The translations under genes were made by a program, and so were the position numbers. A stretch of 64,000 nt of DNA from Thecamonas trahens ATCC 50062 (lineage: Eukaryota; Protista; Apusomonadida): NCBI RefSeq assembly GCF_000142905.1, contig NW_013657617.1:141261-205260 (forward strand), read 5' to 3'. Below are positions 32,840-43,826 of the stretch, piece after piece (the stretch's first letter is position 1; each line of letters starts with the position of its first letter). A model generated the notes under the pieces. The model did not search any database and was not told the origin of the DNA. It was given only the letters and a program-made list of their open reading frames with translations.

Positions 32840-32903
32840 TCAACGGCCCTTGTGCGCTTTTCCCCGATGGCAATGCCGTAAACGACACAGCCCAGGTGAC
32901 GGC

Positions 32904-34847
32904 CTACGACGATGGCATCCCGTCGCGAATGCCGATGGCAAACGTGATCCGCATCAACGACTCCAGGAACGTGTACAGCGCTACCCGCGTCTCGGCTGTC
33001 CGCACAAATGCGCTTGCTGCATACGTCTTGTCCAGCGCGGTGGCCCGCGCGCCCTGCAGCGCCCACGGCGCATCGGTTAGTGCAAGCGCGGCGAGAAGAT
33101 CGTCGGCGAGCGTCTTCTGCACAAGGCCCACCCGGATCCAAACCCGCAGGAGCGCCGACGAGCTCACGCCCATCGCCTTGAGACCGGCCAGCGACTGTGC
33201 CACCGCGCCCGAGCCGGCTGCGAGGCACTTGAGGACCCGCTTGAAAGGCGCCGTCAGCCGCAGACGGGACTCGCGCGCCCCGTCCAGAAGCACCGCCTCG
33301 AGCGCCGCCACGAGCTCGTCGACATGCGGGTTGTCGGCCGTCACCGCCATTTCGTCGTCGTCCGCCCGCGTGCAGTGCGAGAGCATTGCCTGAAGCGCCT
33401 TGTTGAGAGGCTCGAACATCATGTTGAGCTTGGACACATCGTCGGCGCGCACAACCTCCCACGCATCGTCGTCCGAGTCAGAGTCTAGGCCAGGACGAGG
33501 GCCCGAACCTGAGCCCGAGCCCGAGTCCGAGCCCGAGCCCGATGAAAAGATCAGAAGCGACGCGGAGGCGGGCGAGGCAAGCGACGATGGGCCTGGTGGC
33601 GCGAGACACGTGTCCGAGGCGGGCGCCGGGCTTTCAGGTGCGTTGGCGGACACAGCGCCCAGCGCAACGCCTGGCACGGCGGCAAGGTGTTCACGGAGAA
33701 GTTGAAACCCCGAGGTCCGTGCCACAAGCAGCATCTTGCCTTTTGAGGTGAGCGTCACGCCGGCCGCAGCCTGTAGGGCGCGGATGAGCGAGAGGTCGAT
33801 GACCTGCTTTCGCAGCGAGTAGCTAGCCACCAGATCGCGCGGGACAAACCACTCGCTGCCATCGACCGCCAGCAGCATCAGCACTACCTTGGCGCCAATC
33901 CGCCACCAGAGCGCGTTTTCTTCTGGCTGCAGGAGCTCGTTGAGCACGTCGAGACAGGCAGCGACTGCAGCCGCCGCTGGCGCCGACGCGGGAAGCGCCA
34001 GCAGACGGGTCGAGAGCACATGTGCACTCGCCTCGGCCACACCGTCAATCAGCGCCATCATGCGGTCGCGGGCGCCAGTCAGCGTCCTGCGCGCACTTGC
34101 CAGCCACTGCGGACCGAGTCCGACCTCAGCCAGCGCGTTCACCAATGTCAATCGCCCAGTGGTCGCGTTCTTCTGCTGAGCGTACAGCTCCAGCGCCCGC
34201 GGCAGCACCTCATCGCGGACGACATCCACCGACCCGGGCATGCTCTCACCCCCAAGCCCGTGGTACATGCTCGTTGGGCACCAGAACGTCTCGCCGTCAA
34301 CAAGCGGTTCCTCCAGAATGAGCACTAGCGGACCGTGGAGCTCGTCCAGACCAGCGAGCGCCGCTCCGTCCGGGTTGATCGGTGGCCAGTCGCCCGGCCA
34401 GTCCTCGACGTAGTAGCCGACCAGGCCAAACGGCACCGTCCTCCGTGCCACCACCAATTCATCACCTCCTCCGGCGTTGCTACTACCAGCAAGTAGCGCC
34501 GCTATGCCCTCGCGAAAGGCTGCATCTGATCCGCGCGGCAGAGCGTCCAGAGCCAGAACGGCGACATGATCCGAGTCGGGCGAGGGCGGGAGGAGGACAA
34601 CGGCGCGAATGTCGGACTCATGACGAGTTGGAATGAGCCTCGCTGCAGCCGAAGCTACCGCTGCAGCCCGAGCCGAGTCCGACAAGCCCTCAGAGCTGTT
34701 GGCCACATCAGCCAGACTCGCCACTATGGCATGGCCCGAGGTGATGCTGGTGAGACCAGGTTTACAGCCTGCTGCCGCCGCCACTGCCGTGAGCAGTCCC
34801 CGGCTCCGTGTTGCACTGAATGACCTTGGTGGTGTGAACGTTGCCAT
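32904..34847 (-). CDS. Protein with a C-terminal RUN domain
   Basis: RUN blocks ELVAALEAVLLDG, LRVWIRVGLVQKTL and YAASAFVR...FLESL. The N-terminal ~450 aa are unassigned. Confidence 0.72.
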   Translation of the reverse strand: MATFTPPRSFSATRSRGLLTAVAAAAGCKPGLTSITSGHAIVASLADVANSSEGLSDSARAAAVASAAARLIPTRHESDIRAVVLLPPSPDSDHVAVLALDALPRGSDAAFREGIAALLAGSSNAGGGDELVVARRTVPFGLVGYYVEDWPGDWPPINPDGAALAGLDELHGPLVLILEEPLVDGETFWCPTSMYHGLGGESMPGSVDVVRDEVLPRALELYAQQKNATTGRLTLVNALAEVGLGPQWLASARRTLTGARDRMMALIDGVAEASAHVLSTRLLALPASAPAAAAVAACLDVLNELLQPEENALWWRIGAKVVLMLLAVDGSEWFVPRDLVASYSLRKQVIDLSLIRALQAAAGVTLTSKGKMLLVARTSGFQLLREHLAAVPGVALGAVSANAPESPAPASDTCLAPPGPSSLASPASASLLIFSSGSGSDSGSGSGSGPRPGLDSDSDDDAWEVVRADDVSKLNMMFEPLNKALQAMLSHCTRADDDEMAVTADNPHVDELVAALEAVLLDGARESRLRLTAPFKRVLKCLAAGSGAVAQSLAGLKAMGVSSSALLRVWIRVGLVQKTLADDLLAALALTDAPWALQGARATALDKTYAASAFVRTAETRVALYTFLESLMRITFAIGIRDGMPSS

Positions 34848-35122
34848 AGGCCAGCTGTGTGGGTGGTGCGGGACAGGTGGCGTGGTGGGTGGGGATGTGG
34901 GAGGGGGGGGTGAGGGGGTGACAGGCGGCGTGTGCGTGTGCGACAGAAGCTTTGGGTTTGGAGGAGCAATACCAGGAAGCAGCGGGTGAGAGCAGCGGGA
35001 AGGGGCAGCGGGAAGGGACAGGGAATGGAAGCAGTACTTGTGCAAGAGTATCCAATGATCACCGCTTCATGATATGCGTTCATGCTGCTGTAGATCGCGG
35101 GCTCGATGGCGGCGCGCGCTGG

Positions 35123-35743
35123 TCATCGTCGCGGGCTGTGGCTGCCGTACATCTTGCGGGTACGGACCGACTCGGGATCGCCATTGAGTTGGGCGTCGAG
35201 GGCGGCGCGATGCCGCCGCATGACGTCGGGCGAGAGAACCGAGAGCATGTCGACGATCTTCTTGCGCTCGTGTCGCCGAAGAGCCTCACTGTCTTCGGCA
35301 AGCGCAAAGAAGGCATCAACGTCGACATCGATGTCCGCATCTCCGTCTCCCTCGTCATCTCCCACACTTGCGCTTGAGCGCGCCGTCTTTCTCGTCCGGG
35401 CCGCGCGCCAGACTTCAAACCTGCGCGATGATGGCAGCGCGTCGACGGCGGCCTCGAGCGGCTCCGAGTCGCCGACCGCGGCGGCGACGCCCTCCCTGGC
35501 ATTGTCAAACGCGCACTCATCAGCGAGCACAACGTTTGTTTGCGAGACCGCCAGAGCAGCATCGTCATCGCCATCAGCATCGGCGACCACAGTCGCATCA
35601 TCTGCCCGGCGCCATCGACCAGGCATGGACCCATCGCCGCCACGACGTCGTCCGACCCAGCGAGCGTCTCTCATGCGGCCAAACTGACGCGGACGGCCTG
35701 AGACGCCCCACCCGCCCAGCGGCGCCACCGCTCGCGGATCCAT
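35123..35743 (-). CDS. Hypothetical protein
   Basis: Acidic/Ala-rich ORF with a plausible helical C-terminus (FFALAEDSEALRRHERKKIVDMLSVL). No family recognised. Confidence 0.45.
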   Translation of the reverse strand: MDPRAVAPLGGWGVSGRPRQFGRMRDARWVGRRRGGDGSMPGRWRRADDATVVADADGDDDAALAVSQTNVVLADECAFDNAREGVAAAVGDSEPLEAAVDALPSSRRFEVWRAARTRKTARSSASVGDDEGDGDADIDVDVDAFFALAEDSEALRRHERKKIVDMLSVLSPDVMRRHRAALDAQLNGDPESVRTRKMYGSHSPRR

Positions 35744-36103
35744 CCTCCTCGCGTGGACTGCTGCGAGTGTGGGTGGGGTCGAGTTGGGTGCGGGTGCGGG
35801 TGTGGGGCTCCGAGTCGCTGTTGTTGCTGTCCCGCTCCGTCCCTCCCCCCCCCCCCCCCCCCCCCCCTGCTCGCTCGAACTCTGTTGCCCTGGTCCCGTC
35901 ACTCCACTCTCTCTCTCGCCCCCCCCCCCCCCCCACTGCAAGCTTCTTCATCTTTGTCATACTCGGGCGAATGCTCAAGTGCTGACGCGGCAGTGGAGCT
36001 AGGCGGCGTCGAGGTGGTGACGGGCGAGGCGGGAGACAGACAAGGGCTCGGTACAGGCGGACGAGGTGGACGGACAACGCCATCGGTACGCTCCATCTCT
36101 CAT

Positions 36104-38260
36104 ATGATGGAAGAGGATGAAGAGAGGCTGAGGGGCGGCGGAGATGCGGTGATGTCTCCTGACGAACTGTTTTTCAATGAGAACGTGAACAATGCGTTTG
36201 CGCCTGAACACGTCGATCGTGAGGTCTACACCGAGCATGTGCTATCGATGACACACGAGGCACAGGCTCTGGCTGCTTCACCGCCAGTGGAGGCGGGGAT
36301 GAGCTCTGTGGCTGAAGAAGGCGCAACGGTGCCGGATGCGACGCTGCTTGTCTCAGCAGCGTGGGACGCCAACGACCGCGTCCGCAAGATCTCACTCCAG
36401 CTCGACGATCCTGCGCTGCGATCCAAGCGGTCGTTTGTCAAGTACGTCAAGGTCATGATGGATATTGCCTTTCCGGTCGACGTCGCTGTCTACGAGCCGG
36501 CATACTCCGAGTACGTGCTGGTGGAGGCCAATCCGCCGACCTCGCTCCCGACCGAGCTCATCACCACCCTGCTTGCAATCGACTCGTCGGACGAGCCGGT
36601 GTACAAGATCCGGCTCTATCGGCTTGCACTCGACGAGCCATTTGCCTGGGGCCGTGCCGGCACGTCGGCTCCAGCCACGCGACCGCCATCCAGCAAGCGC
36701 AAGGTCACGGCGGTGTCGCGGTCAGCGACGTCTACGCGGATCGCTGCACTCCCAACCATCGCCTCCGACTCGGTCTCGTCCGACTCGGGCGTTTGCGCGC
36801 ACGAGAACGAGCTTGTAGCGCGCGGGCTGAGTCAGCATAACATGTCTCTCGACAATCTACTTTCGATCAAGGCCGCCACAGTCGATGGCGCAGTCGACGT
36901 CTCGCTGCTCAAGATGTTTTCGGCCGAGCGGTCGTCGCTCAAGTCGTGCGAGACATCCGAGGCAACATCCTCGCTCGGGCCCGGAGCGTCAGGCGGTGAG
37001 CTGGGCGGAGGCGCCGACATCGGCTCGGCGGGCAAGCGGCGGTTCCGGCACCGGCGTCTGTTCCCGTTTGAGGCACACGGCGGCCAGGCGGCGGCGCCGC
37101 ATCCGTTTGTCGACGGCAACTCGCGGATCACGGTCATCGACTACTCGCACGAGAAAAAGCGCATGTTTGAGGTCGACTCGGTCGACGAGCTGCTCGCGCG
37201 GCCCAAGCCCGAGTGGGCGCACGTCCGCTGGGTCAACGTTGAGGGCGTCGACGTGACCATCCTCTCGCAGCTCGGCGCAGCGTACAAGCTCCATCCGCTG
37301 TCTGTGGAAGACGCGGCGACGCTGCCGCACCAACCTAAGCTCACGCGGTTTCCGGGCCAGTTCTTCCTCCTCCTCTACGCCATGCACATGTATGTCGACA
37401 ACGACGGCGGGCGGGCGGTGGCCTCGGTCTCGCCGACGTCGCTGCCCGGCGCCACGCCGCTGCATGCCAACGCGGCATCTGCGGCGCACGCTGCGGCTGA
37501 TGCGTCCGAAAGCGACGACGTGGCCAGCCCGGCAAGCGTTGCCGGCGGCCACGAGTTTCGCGCCGAGCAGCTCTCCCTCTTTGTCCTCCGCGACATGGTC
37601 ATCACCGTGCAAGAGGCCAAGCACCCGCAGTCGACGTACGAGTGCATTTGGAAGCCCGTGCTCGATCGTGTCAACTACCCCAACTCGAAGCTTCGCTCTG
37701 GCGATGCCACGTTTCTCATGTACGCCATTCTCGACTCGGTCGTCGACCAGGTCTTCCCCATCACCTCCTTTTGGGGCCTGCGCGTTGAGCTCCTCGAGGA
37801 GGCCATGATGAAGGCGCCCGACCGCACGCTGCTCGACACCGCCAGGCTGCTGCAGAAAGAGCTCAAGCGGCTGCGCACGCTGCTATGGCAGACCAACGAG
37901 CTCGTCATCTCGCTCCATCAAGACACCAACATGTCGCTCTCGACCCGCGCGTACATGACCGATGTCATGGATCACCTCGGGCTCAACATCCAGATGTGCT
38001 CAACCTACGTCGACGCCGCCGCCGCCGTCGTCTCCATGTACAATGATTTCCAGAACGAGGTCATGAACAACACCATGAAGCGCCTCACCGTCTTCTCCAA
38101 CATCCTCATGCCGCTCTCGTTCCTCACTGGCACCTACGGCATGAACTTTGAGGTCCTCCCTGAGCTCACCTGGCGCTACTCGTATCTGTTTTTCTGGATC
38201 GTCGCCGTCGTCTCATCCGTTCTCCAGCTGATATGGTTCCACAAGAAGGGCTGGCTGTAG
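36104..38260 (+). CDS. CorA-family Mg2+/Co2+ transporter with a long N-terminal extension
   Basis: RWVNVEG, LHPLSVED, EQLSLF, FLMYAILDSVVD, N..MKRLTV...MPLSFLTGTYGMNF..LPEL (GMN signature) and two C-terminal TMs. Confidence 0.93.
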   Translation: MMEEDEERLRGGGDAVMSPDELFFNENVNNAFAPEHVDREVYTEHVLSMTHEAQALAASPPVEAGMSSVAEEGATVPDATLLVSAAWDANDRVRKISLQLDDPALRSKRSFVKYVKVMMDIAFPVDVAVYEPAYSEYVLVEANPPTSLPTELITTLLAIDSSDEPVYKIRLYRLALDEPFAWGRAGTSAPATRPPSSKRKVTAVSRSATSTRIAALPTIASDSVSSDSGVCAHENELVARGLSQHNMSLDNLLSIKAATVDGAVDVSLLKMFSAERSSLKSCETSEATSSLGPGASGGELGGGADIGSAGKRRFRHRRLFPFEAHGGQAAAPHPFVDGNSRITVIDYSHEKKRMFEVDSVDELLARPKPEWAHVRWVNVEGVDVTILSQLGAAYKLHPLSVEDAATLPHQPKLTRFPGQFFLLLYAMHMYVDNDGGRAVASVSPTSLPGATPLHANAASAAHAAADASESDDVASPASVAGGHEFRAEQLSLFVLRDMVITVQEAKHPQSTYECIWKPVLDRVNYPNSKLRSGDATFLMYAILDSVVDQVFPITSFWGLRVELLEEAMMKAPDRTLLDTARLLQKELKRLRTLLWQTNELVISLHQDTNMSLSTRAYMTDVMDHLGLNIQMCSTYVDAAAAVVSMYNDFQNEVMNNTMKRLTVFSNILMPLSFLTGTYGMNFEVLPELTWRYSYLFFWIVAVVSSVLQLIWFHKKGWL

Positions 38261-38712
38261 CACACCTCCACCACACCACATCTCTCGAGGGTGACTCGGC
38301 TCGCTGTCGCCGTGGCTCGCACGAGTGTTGGTCCTCCAAGTGTTTCGCCTCGACAATTTTTTGTCTCCTTCCACCCCCCACCCCCCATCCTCCCACCGCG
38401 AGAACAACACATCCCCCGCCAGTCAACTTTCCCTCCGTCGCCTCCCCCCCCTCTTACCCACCCCACCACACCACTCGCTCAGTGGAAGAGACCGAAGCTC
38501 TCCCAACACATCCCTTTGTGTGCTTGATTGTGGTACAAGGTCGTTGTACGCCACGAACGGCCTCATCTGAATAACCTCTCCCCCCCCCCCCCTTCCCCCC
38601 TTCCCCCCCTTCCCCCCCCCTCCTCCCTCCCTCCCACTCGCCGTCGCTCGCGTCGGACACTTTGAGTGGCAGCGAGCTGACCAAGGATTTGAAGTGGAGT
38701 CGAGAATCGAGC

Positions 38713-40974
38713 ATGTCTTCTTCTCCTGATGTTGTTGCTGTGGCGGATGCAGGCCTGAGTGGCAGTGCTGATGCTGGTGTTGGTGTTGGTGCTGGTGTTG
38801 GTGTTGGTGCTGGTGGTGTGAGTGCCGAGGCTGCCCCTGCTGTGGCTGGTGGTGGTGGAGCTGTCGAGGTGGTGACCGGCTCGAGCATGCTGCGGCAGCG
38901 CAAGTCGGGCGAGGAGGCTGGCGCGAGCACGACGGCAGAGGGTGCGCGCGAGGTAGTGGCCAACACTGGAGTGGATGAGACCGAGTGGCCTGAGGGCGTG
39001 CAGCTCGGGATCACCCGCAAGAAGGAAGTGTTTGTGGTGCCGGACACGCGCGACTCGCTCGAGCGCGCGCTCGACTTTGGCTCGTGGTCGGCGTCCGAGT
39101 ACCTTCGGCTCGCGCTGGTGGTCGGCGTCATCATCAACGCCATTGTGGCGCCGGGCTGGATGGTCATCGGCGCGTACGTGTTCTGGCGGCTCGGGTACGA
39201 CCTATTCCTGGGCATTCTCCTCCGCAACCAGTCGCAGCGGCGGACGCTTACCCGCGGGTGGCGCGATCTGCGGGCCAAGGTCGAGGCCGGGAGCGCGACC
39301 AAGGTTGAGGCCATGTTCTACAAGTACGCCCGCTACTGGGTGGTTGGCACCATGTCCGGCTCGGCACGGTACAAGGAGGCCGGGCAGCCGTTTGACTTTG
39401 ACTCTGTCCCCATCGAGTGCCAGTCATGGCTCGTCTACCGCGAGCTGGCAGACATTGTTCTCAACCTTGACGCGGCGGCACACCTTGTGTTCTGCTTCCG
39501 GTACTTTGAGGCGCCGGTGTCGGTCGGCTTTTGGGCAGTGATTCGTTACGTCCTCGGCCTCGCGCTCATCGTGTTCTCGTTCTGGGCCAAGAAGGACGCG
39601 TTGCGTGTGGTCAAGGACTTTGCGTGGTTCTGGGGTGACTTTTGGTTCCTCCTCTACTTTCCACCCAAGCCCAAGGGCTCGGGCTCGAGCTCGGGCTCGG
39701 AGACCGGGAGCGAGGCCGGTGGCGACGACTCGTTCGAGCTTGTCTTTGACGGCGTCTTTGAGATGTTCCCGCATCCGATGTACACGGTTGGGTACGGGTT
39801 CTACTATGGGCTTGCGCTCATGTCGCACTCGTACACGGTGCTGTACGTCTCGCTGCTCGGGCACATTGCGCAGCTTGTGTTCCTGGCGCTCGTCGAGACG
39901 CCGCACATCGACAAGACGTACGGGACCGGGCCGGAGGCGCCGGTGCGCAACCCGGCGGGCCTCGAGGCGTACTTTGCGCAGGACCTCATTGTGCTGGCGA
40001 ACCTCAACCCGATGCGGGCGCTCGATGTGGCGACGGTCCTGCTTGTGGGGTACACGCTCTCGCTCTCGCTCTTTGGCTTCTCGTCGGCGTTCTACCTCTG
40101 CCTCGCGCTGTTTTGGCGGCTGGTGCACGTGACGCTTACCGGCGGCATCCTTTCTGCCCAGTCGGCGAGCGACTGGTGGATCCGGCAGTCTGCGGCGCGC
40201 GGGCTTGACCGTGTGCAGGCTTTCAACAACTGGAAGCACATCTACAACCTGACGCTTGTTCTCGCGCACGCCTCGTTCCTTGTGGCCGCACTCTGCGTCA
40301 AGTGGTCGGCACCGACGTTTACTTTTGGCCCGCTCCTGTTCCGCATCCCGACGGCAGCCATCCTCCTCGCAATCAACCTCTGGTCAGCGCGGTCGTCGCT
40401 CGACGTGCTCGGCGAGTACGGCTGGTTCTACGCCGACTTTTTCCTCCCGCTCCCGTCGCGCGAGCCCGAGTACACCGGCATTTATCGGTTCCTCAACAAC
40501 CCGGATTCGGTGACCGGCTACCTTGGGTACTACGGGCTCGCGGTGCTGGCCAACGAGCCAGCCGTCGTCTTCCTCGCCATGTTCTCGCAGATCAGCCACT
40601 GGATGTTTGTCATCCTCGTCGAAAAGCCGCACATGCACAAGGTGTACGGTGAGGCCGAGCGCTCGGTCGGCGGCATCGAGAAGCACCTCAAGGCCACTCT
40701 CCAGCGCGAGCCCATTCGCAAGCTCATCGCCCATCCGTTTGCCCGCAAGATCTCCGAGTCGGCCCGCCAGCTCTCCGAGTCGGCCCGCGACATGACTGCC
40801 TCGGCCAAGACCTCGCTCGGCGAGTTCTCGGCCTCGGCCCGTGTCGTTACCTCGCTGGCTAAGGATCTCTTTGACAAGACCACCGACAACGCCAAGAAGA
40901 TGACCTCGCACATCATTCCCGAGCCGCTTCCAGACTCGGATGATGACGAGCCTCCTGTTGGCGGCGCATCGTAA
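38713..40974 (+). CDS. CHO2: Phosphatidylethanolamine N-methyltransferase, CHO2/PEM1 type (two PEMT repeats)
   Basis: DFAWFWGDFWF, FDGVFEMFPHPMYTVGY and ETPHIDKTY, then a second repeat GEYGWFYADFF, YTGIYRFLNNP and EKPHMHKVY. Confidence 0.92.
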   Translation: MSSSPDVVAVADAGLSGSADAGVGVGAGVGVGAGGVSAEAAPAVAGGGGAVEVVTGSSMLRQRKSGEEAGASTTAEGAREVVANTGVDETEWPEGVQLGITRKKEVFVVPDTRDSLERALDFGSWSASEYLRLALVVGVIINAIVAPGWMVIGAYVFWRLGYDLFLGILLRNQSQRRTLTRGWRDLRAKVEAGSATKVEAMFYKYARYWVVGTMSGSARYKEAGQPFDFDSVPIECQSWLVYRELADIVLNLDAAAHLVFCFRYFEAPVSVGFWAVIRYVLGLALIVFSFWAKKDALRVVKDFAWFWGDFWFLLYFPPKPKGSGSSSGSETGSEAGGDDSFELVFDGVFEMFPHPMYTVGYGFYYGLALMSHSYTVLYVSLLGHIAQLVFLALVETPHIDKTYGTGPEAPVRNPAGLEAYFAQDLIVLANLNPMRALDVATVLLVGYTLSLSLFGFSSAFYLCLALFWRLVHVTLTGGILSAQSASDWWIRQSAARGLDRVQAFNNWKHIYNLTLVLAHASFLVAALCVKWSAPTFTFGPLLFRIPTAAILLAINLWSARSSLDVLGEYGWFYADFFLPLPSREPEYTGIYRFLNNPDSVTGYLGYYGLAVLANEPAVVFLAMFSQISHWMFVILVEKPHMHKVYGEAERSVGGIEKHLKATLQREPIRKLIAHPFARKISESARQLSESARDMTASAKTSLGEFSASARVVTSLAKDLFDKTTDNAKKMTSHIIPEPLPDSDDDEPPVGGAS

Positions 40975-41039
40975 ACCGTTGATCACATGACAGTAACTCC
41001 CGAGCCAGAGCCAGAGCCACGACCACTCGACTTGCCATC

Positions 41040-43815
41040 ATGTCCGGCTCTGCGGGGACGAGTGGACGCAGCAGCCGCGAGCCGAGCAAGGCCAAGGCCA
41101 AGGCCAAGGCCAAGGCCAAGGACAAGGCCAAGGCCAAGGCCAAGAGCAAGGCCAAGGCCAGAGGTCGCGAGGCCGAGTTCCGTGAGCAGTTTAACCTCCC
41201 CACCTCGGAGCAGCTCATTCAGGGTAGGTCGTGTCGCGGGCGGAGGGAGGGGGAGGGGAAGGGGGCATGGGTGACTGTGACTCATGGCAAAGGCGGTGAT
41301 GGATGTACCTACGACTACGTGGGTGGGTGTGGGCATGGGCGTGGGTGGGTGTGGGTTTGGTGACATAGACTACACGTGTGCGTTTCAGCGGGATGTGCTT
41401 GTGCATGGGCGGATGTACGTGTCGCAGAACTATGTCTCGTTCTGTGCCACGGTCTTTGGTTGGGTCACGCTCGTCATTATTCCGTTTGCAGAGATTGTGG
41501 CCATCGAGAAGCGCAATGCTGCTCTGGTCTTCCCCAATGCCATCGCCATTCGCACAAGGAGAAAGGACAAGTACTTTTTCGCTTCGTTTATCGTCCGCGA
41601 CTCCGCCTTTCGTACCCTCACCTTTCTGTGGAAGAACGCCACGTCGGACGAGCCCATTCCGGTGGAGACCATGCTCTCCATGTCAAAGTCGCAGATTGAC
41701 GACTACATTCTTCGTGAGAGCCAGGCCGAGGCCAACGGCGAGCGTGCTCGCCGATCGTCGGCCGCGCCGTTTGCGCTCAGCTCTTCGATCCCGAACATCC
41801 AGTTTGGGCTGCAGGAGTTCAAGGCGCCGACGCCTGGCGGCTCGGCTGCGCCGTCGATCGACGGCTCGTCTGACGACGGTGGTGTCTCGGGCGGCTCGGC
41901 GCTGACGGCTGACGACGGATCGAGCGAGTACGAGTACGAATACGTCGAGGTGGCCGACGATGGTGGCTCGGCGTCGGGCGGCGACGGGTCGTCACGTGCC
42001 GCGAGCGGGAGCGGCTCCGACACGGGCAACGAGCTCCACCCCCGGGCCGAGGCAGGGGCACCGTCGGGGCCTGTTGCGGCGGCGGACGCCGGGCCGCGAC
42101 GCGCGTCCAGCCTCCCGGCAGGCGCCGGGCCGCGCATGGCAGTGTCGATGCCACGCATCGCGCTGGAGAACGCGGCGCGGCAAGCTGCCGGTGAGGTTGC
42201 TGGCGGTGTAGGCGGCGGCATTGGCGAGGGGCGGACCGAGTCGGAGCTCTCGGGCATCGACTCGACCATGGGCAGCGAGTCGGGCGCGAGCTCGGCAGCG
42301 ACGCGTCCAGCAACGCCAGACATCACGCTCACTCTCGCAAGCGACCGGACCGGCACGGGCAGCGACGGCGGAGCGGCCGCGGGCGTCAGCAGCGGCGGCT
42401 CAGCAGGGGCACCCGAACCTGCTACCAGCACCGTGACGCCCCGCAAGCCTGGATGGGACGAGTTCCCGCTGTCCAATGCCTCGCTCCTCGGCTGCGGGTG
42501 TGCTCCGGACGACCACCACGAGCACGACCACGTGAAGGATGTGGAGCTGGCGGTGACGGTGGAGGGGCTGTGGGAGCTCATATTCGGCGACAGCTCGAGC
42601 TTTCAGCAAGAGCTCTTTGACGAGATTGGAAACACGGACCTGGCGTTTGAGGGTCCATGGGCGCCGAGCGCAGCGGAGGGCGGGCGGCCGAGCCGTGTGC
42701 AAAGCTTCAAGCAGACGGTCAAGTCACCGCTGGGGACTAAGACGGCGTCTGTGACCGAGACTCAGGTCCAGGTGCGATGCAACGCAGCACGCGCGGTGAT
42801 GGATGGGGTGACGATTTCGGCCAACGTGCCGTACGCCGACCACTTTGTCATCCACAACCGGTACTGCTTCACGGCGCTGTCGGCGACGACGACACGGGTC
42901 AATGTCTCATCGGAGATCGAGTGGAAAAAGTCGACGTGGCTCAAGTCGACGATCGAAAAGGCGGCGACGGCGCGGACCAAGGAGTACATGCTGACATGGC
43001 TCGAGTTTCTCAAGCGCAAGGTGGCGGAGCGGAACGCGGCACGGCTCAAGCCAGCGAGTGGGGCGGCAAGCGCAGCGAATGGAAGCGGGAGTGGAGGCAA
43101 GAAGCGGGTCAAGTCGATGCGTCCGCGGAGCGCGCGGCGGGCGGTCTCGGTTGTCCGGCGGGCACGCAACCGCAAGTCTGGTGGCGCATCGCGGCGGAGC
43201 TCGCCGGCAGGTGAGGGAGGCAAGACCCTGAGGCCTTTGACAAGCGACGGCGCGGCTTCGCTCTTCTCGTCACCTGCGGGCGTTGCCGTTCTCGGTGCGC
43301 TGGTCTGTGTCGTCCTCGGCCTCGGGCTCATGTTGTGGACAGTGTCTGGTCGGCTGGCGAGCCTGCAGGCGTCTGTGGAGCAGTGGCAGGTGGCAAGCTT
43401 GTTTGATGACGACGCGGGCCGGCACCAAGTGCCGGAGCGGTCGACGTGGTATGTAGACGAGCACCGGGCGCTCGAGACACAGTTTTCCGAGTGGCAAGAC
43501 CAACTGGCGGCCATGCAAGTGACGCTGGTAGCGACGCAGCGGGCGTTGCGGGAGCTATCGGCCGAGGTGGCGGCCTCGCAGAAGCGCAACATGCTCCTCG
43601 ACGTCCAGGTCGGGTGCGTGCAGGAGGCGCTGAGCTCGGGGCGCGACGTGGCGGCCACCTGCTTTGCTGGCGGGCCGAGGGTGGCGAGTGCTGAGAGCAC
43701 GGCCGCGGCCTCGGTGGGCGGCACGTCGTGGTTCAGCTGGGCGGGAGTGATGGTGGGACTGGTCGCCGCCGCCGGAGTGGTGGCGATGGTGCTGCGGTCG
43801 ATGGAGGTGGTGTGA
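41040..43815 (+). CDS. GRAM + VASt/StART-like sterol transfer protein (GRAMD1/Lam/Aster family)
   Basis: Exon 1 ends FREQFNLPTSEQLIQ, intron 41224-41368, then DYTCAFQRDVLVHGRMYVSQ (GRAM), NVPYADHF...KSTIEK (VASt), a TM segment and a coiled coil. Confidence 0.9.
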
Positions 43816-43826
43816 GGTAAAGCGGT

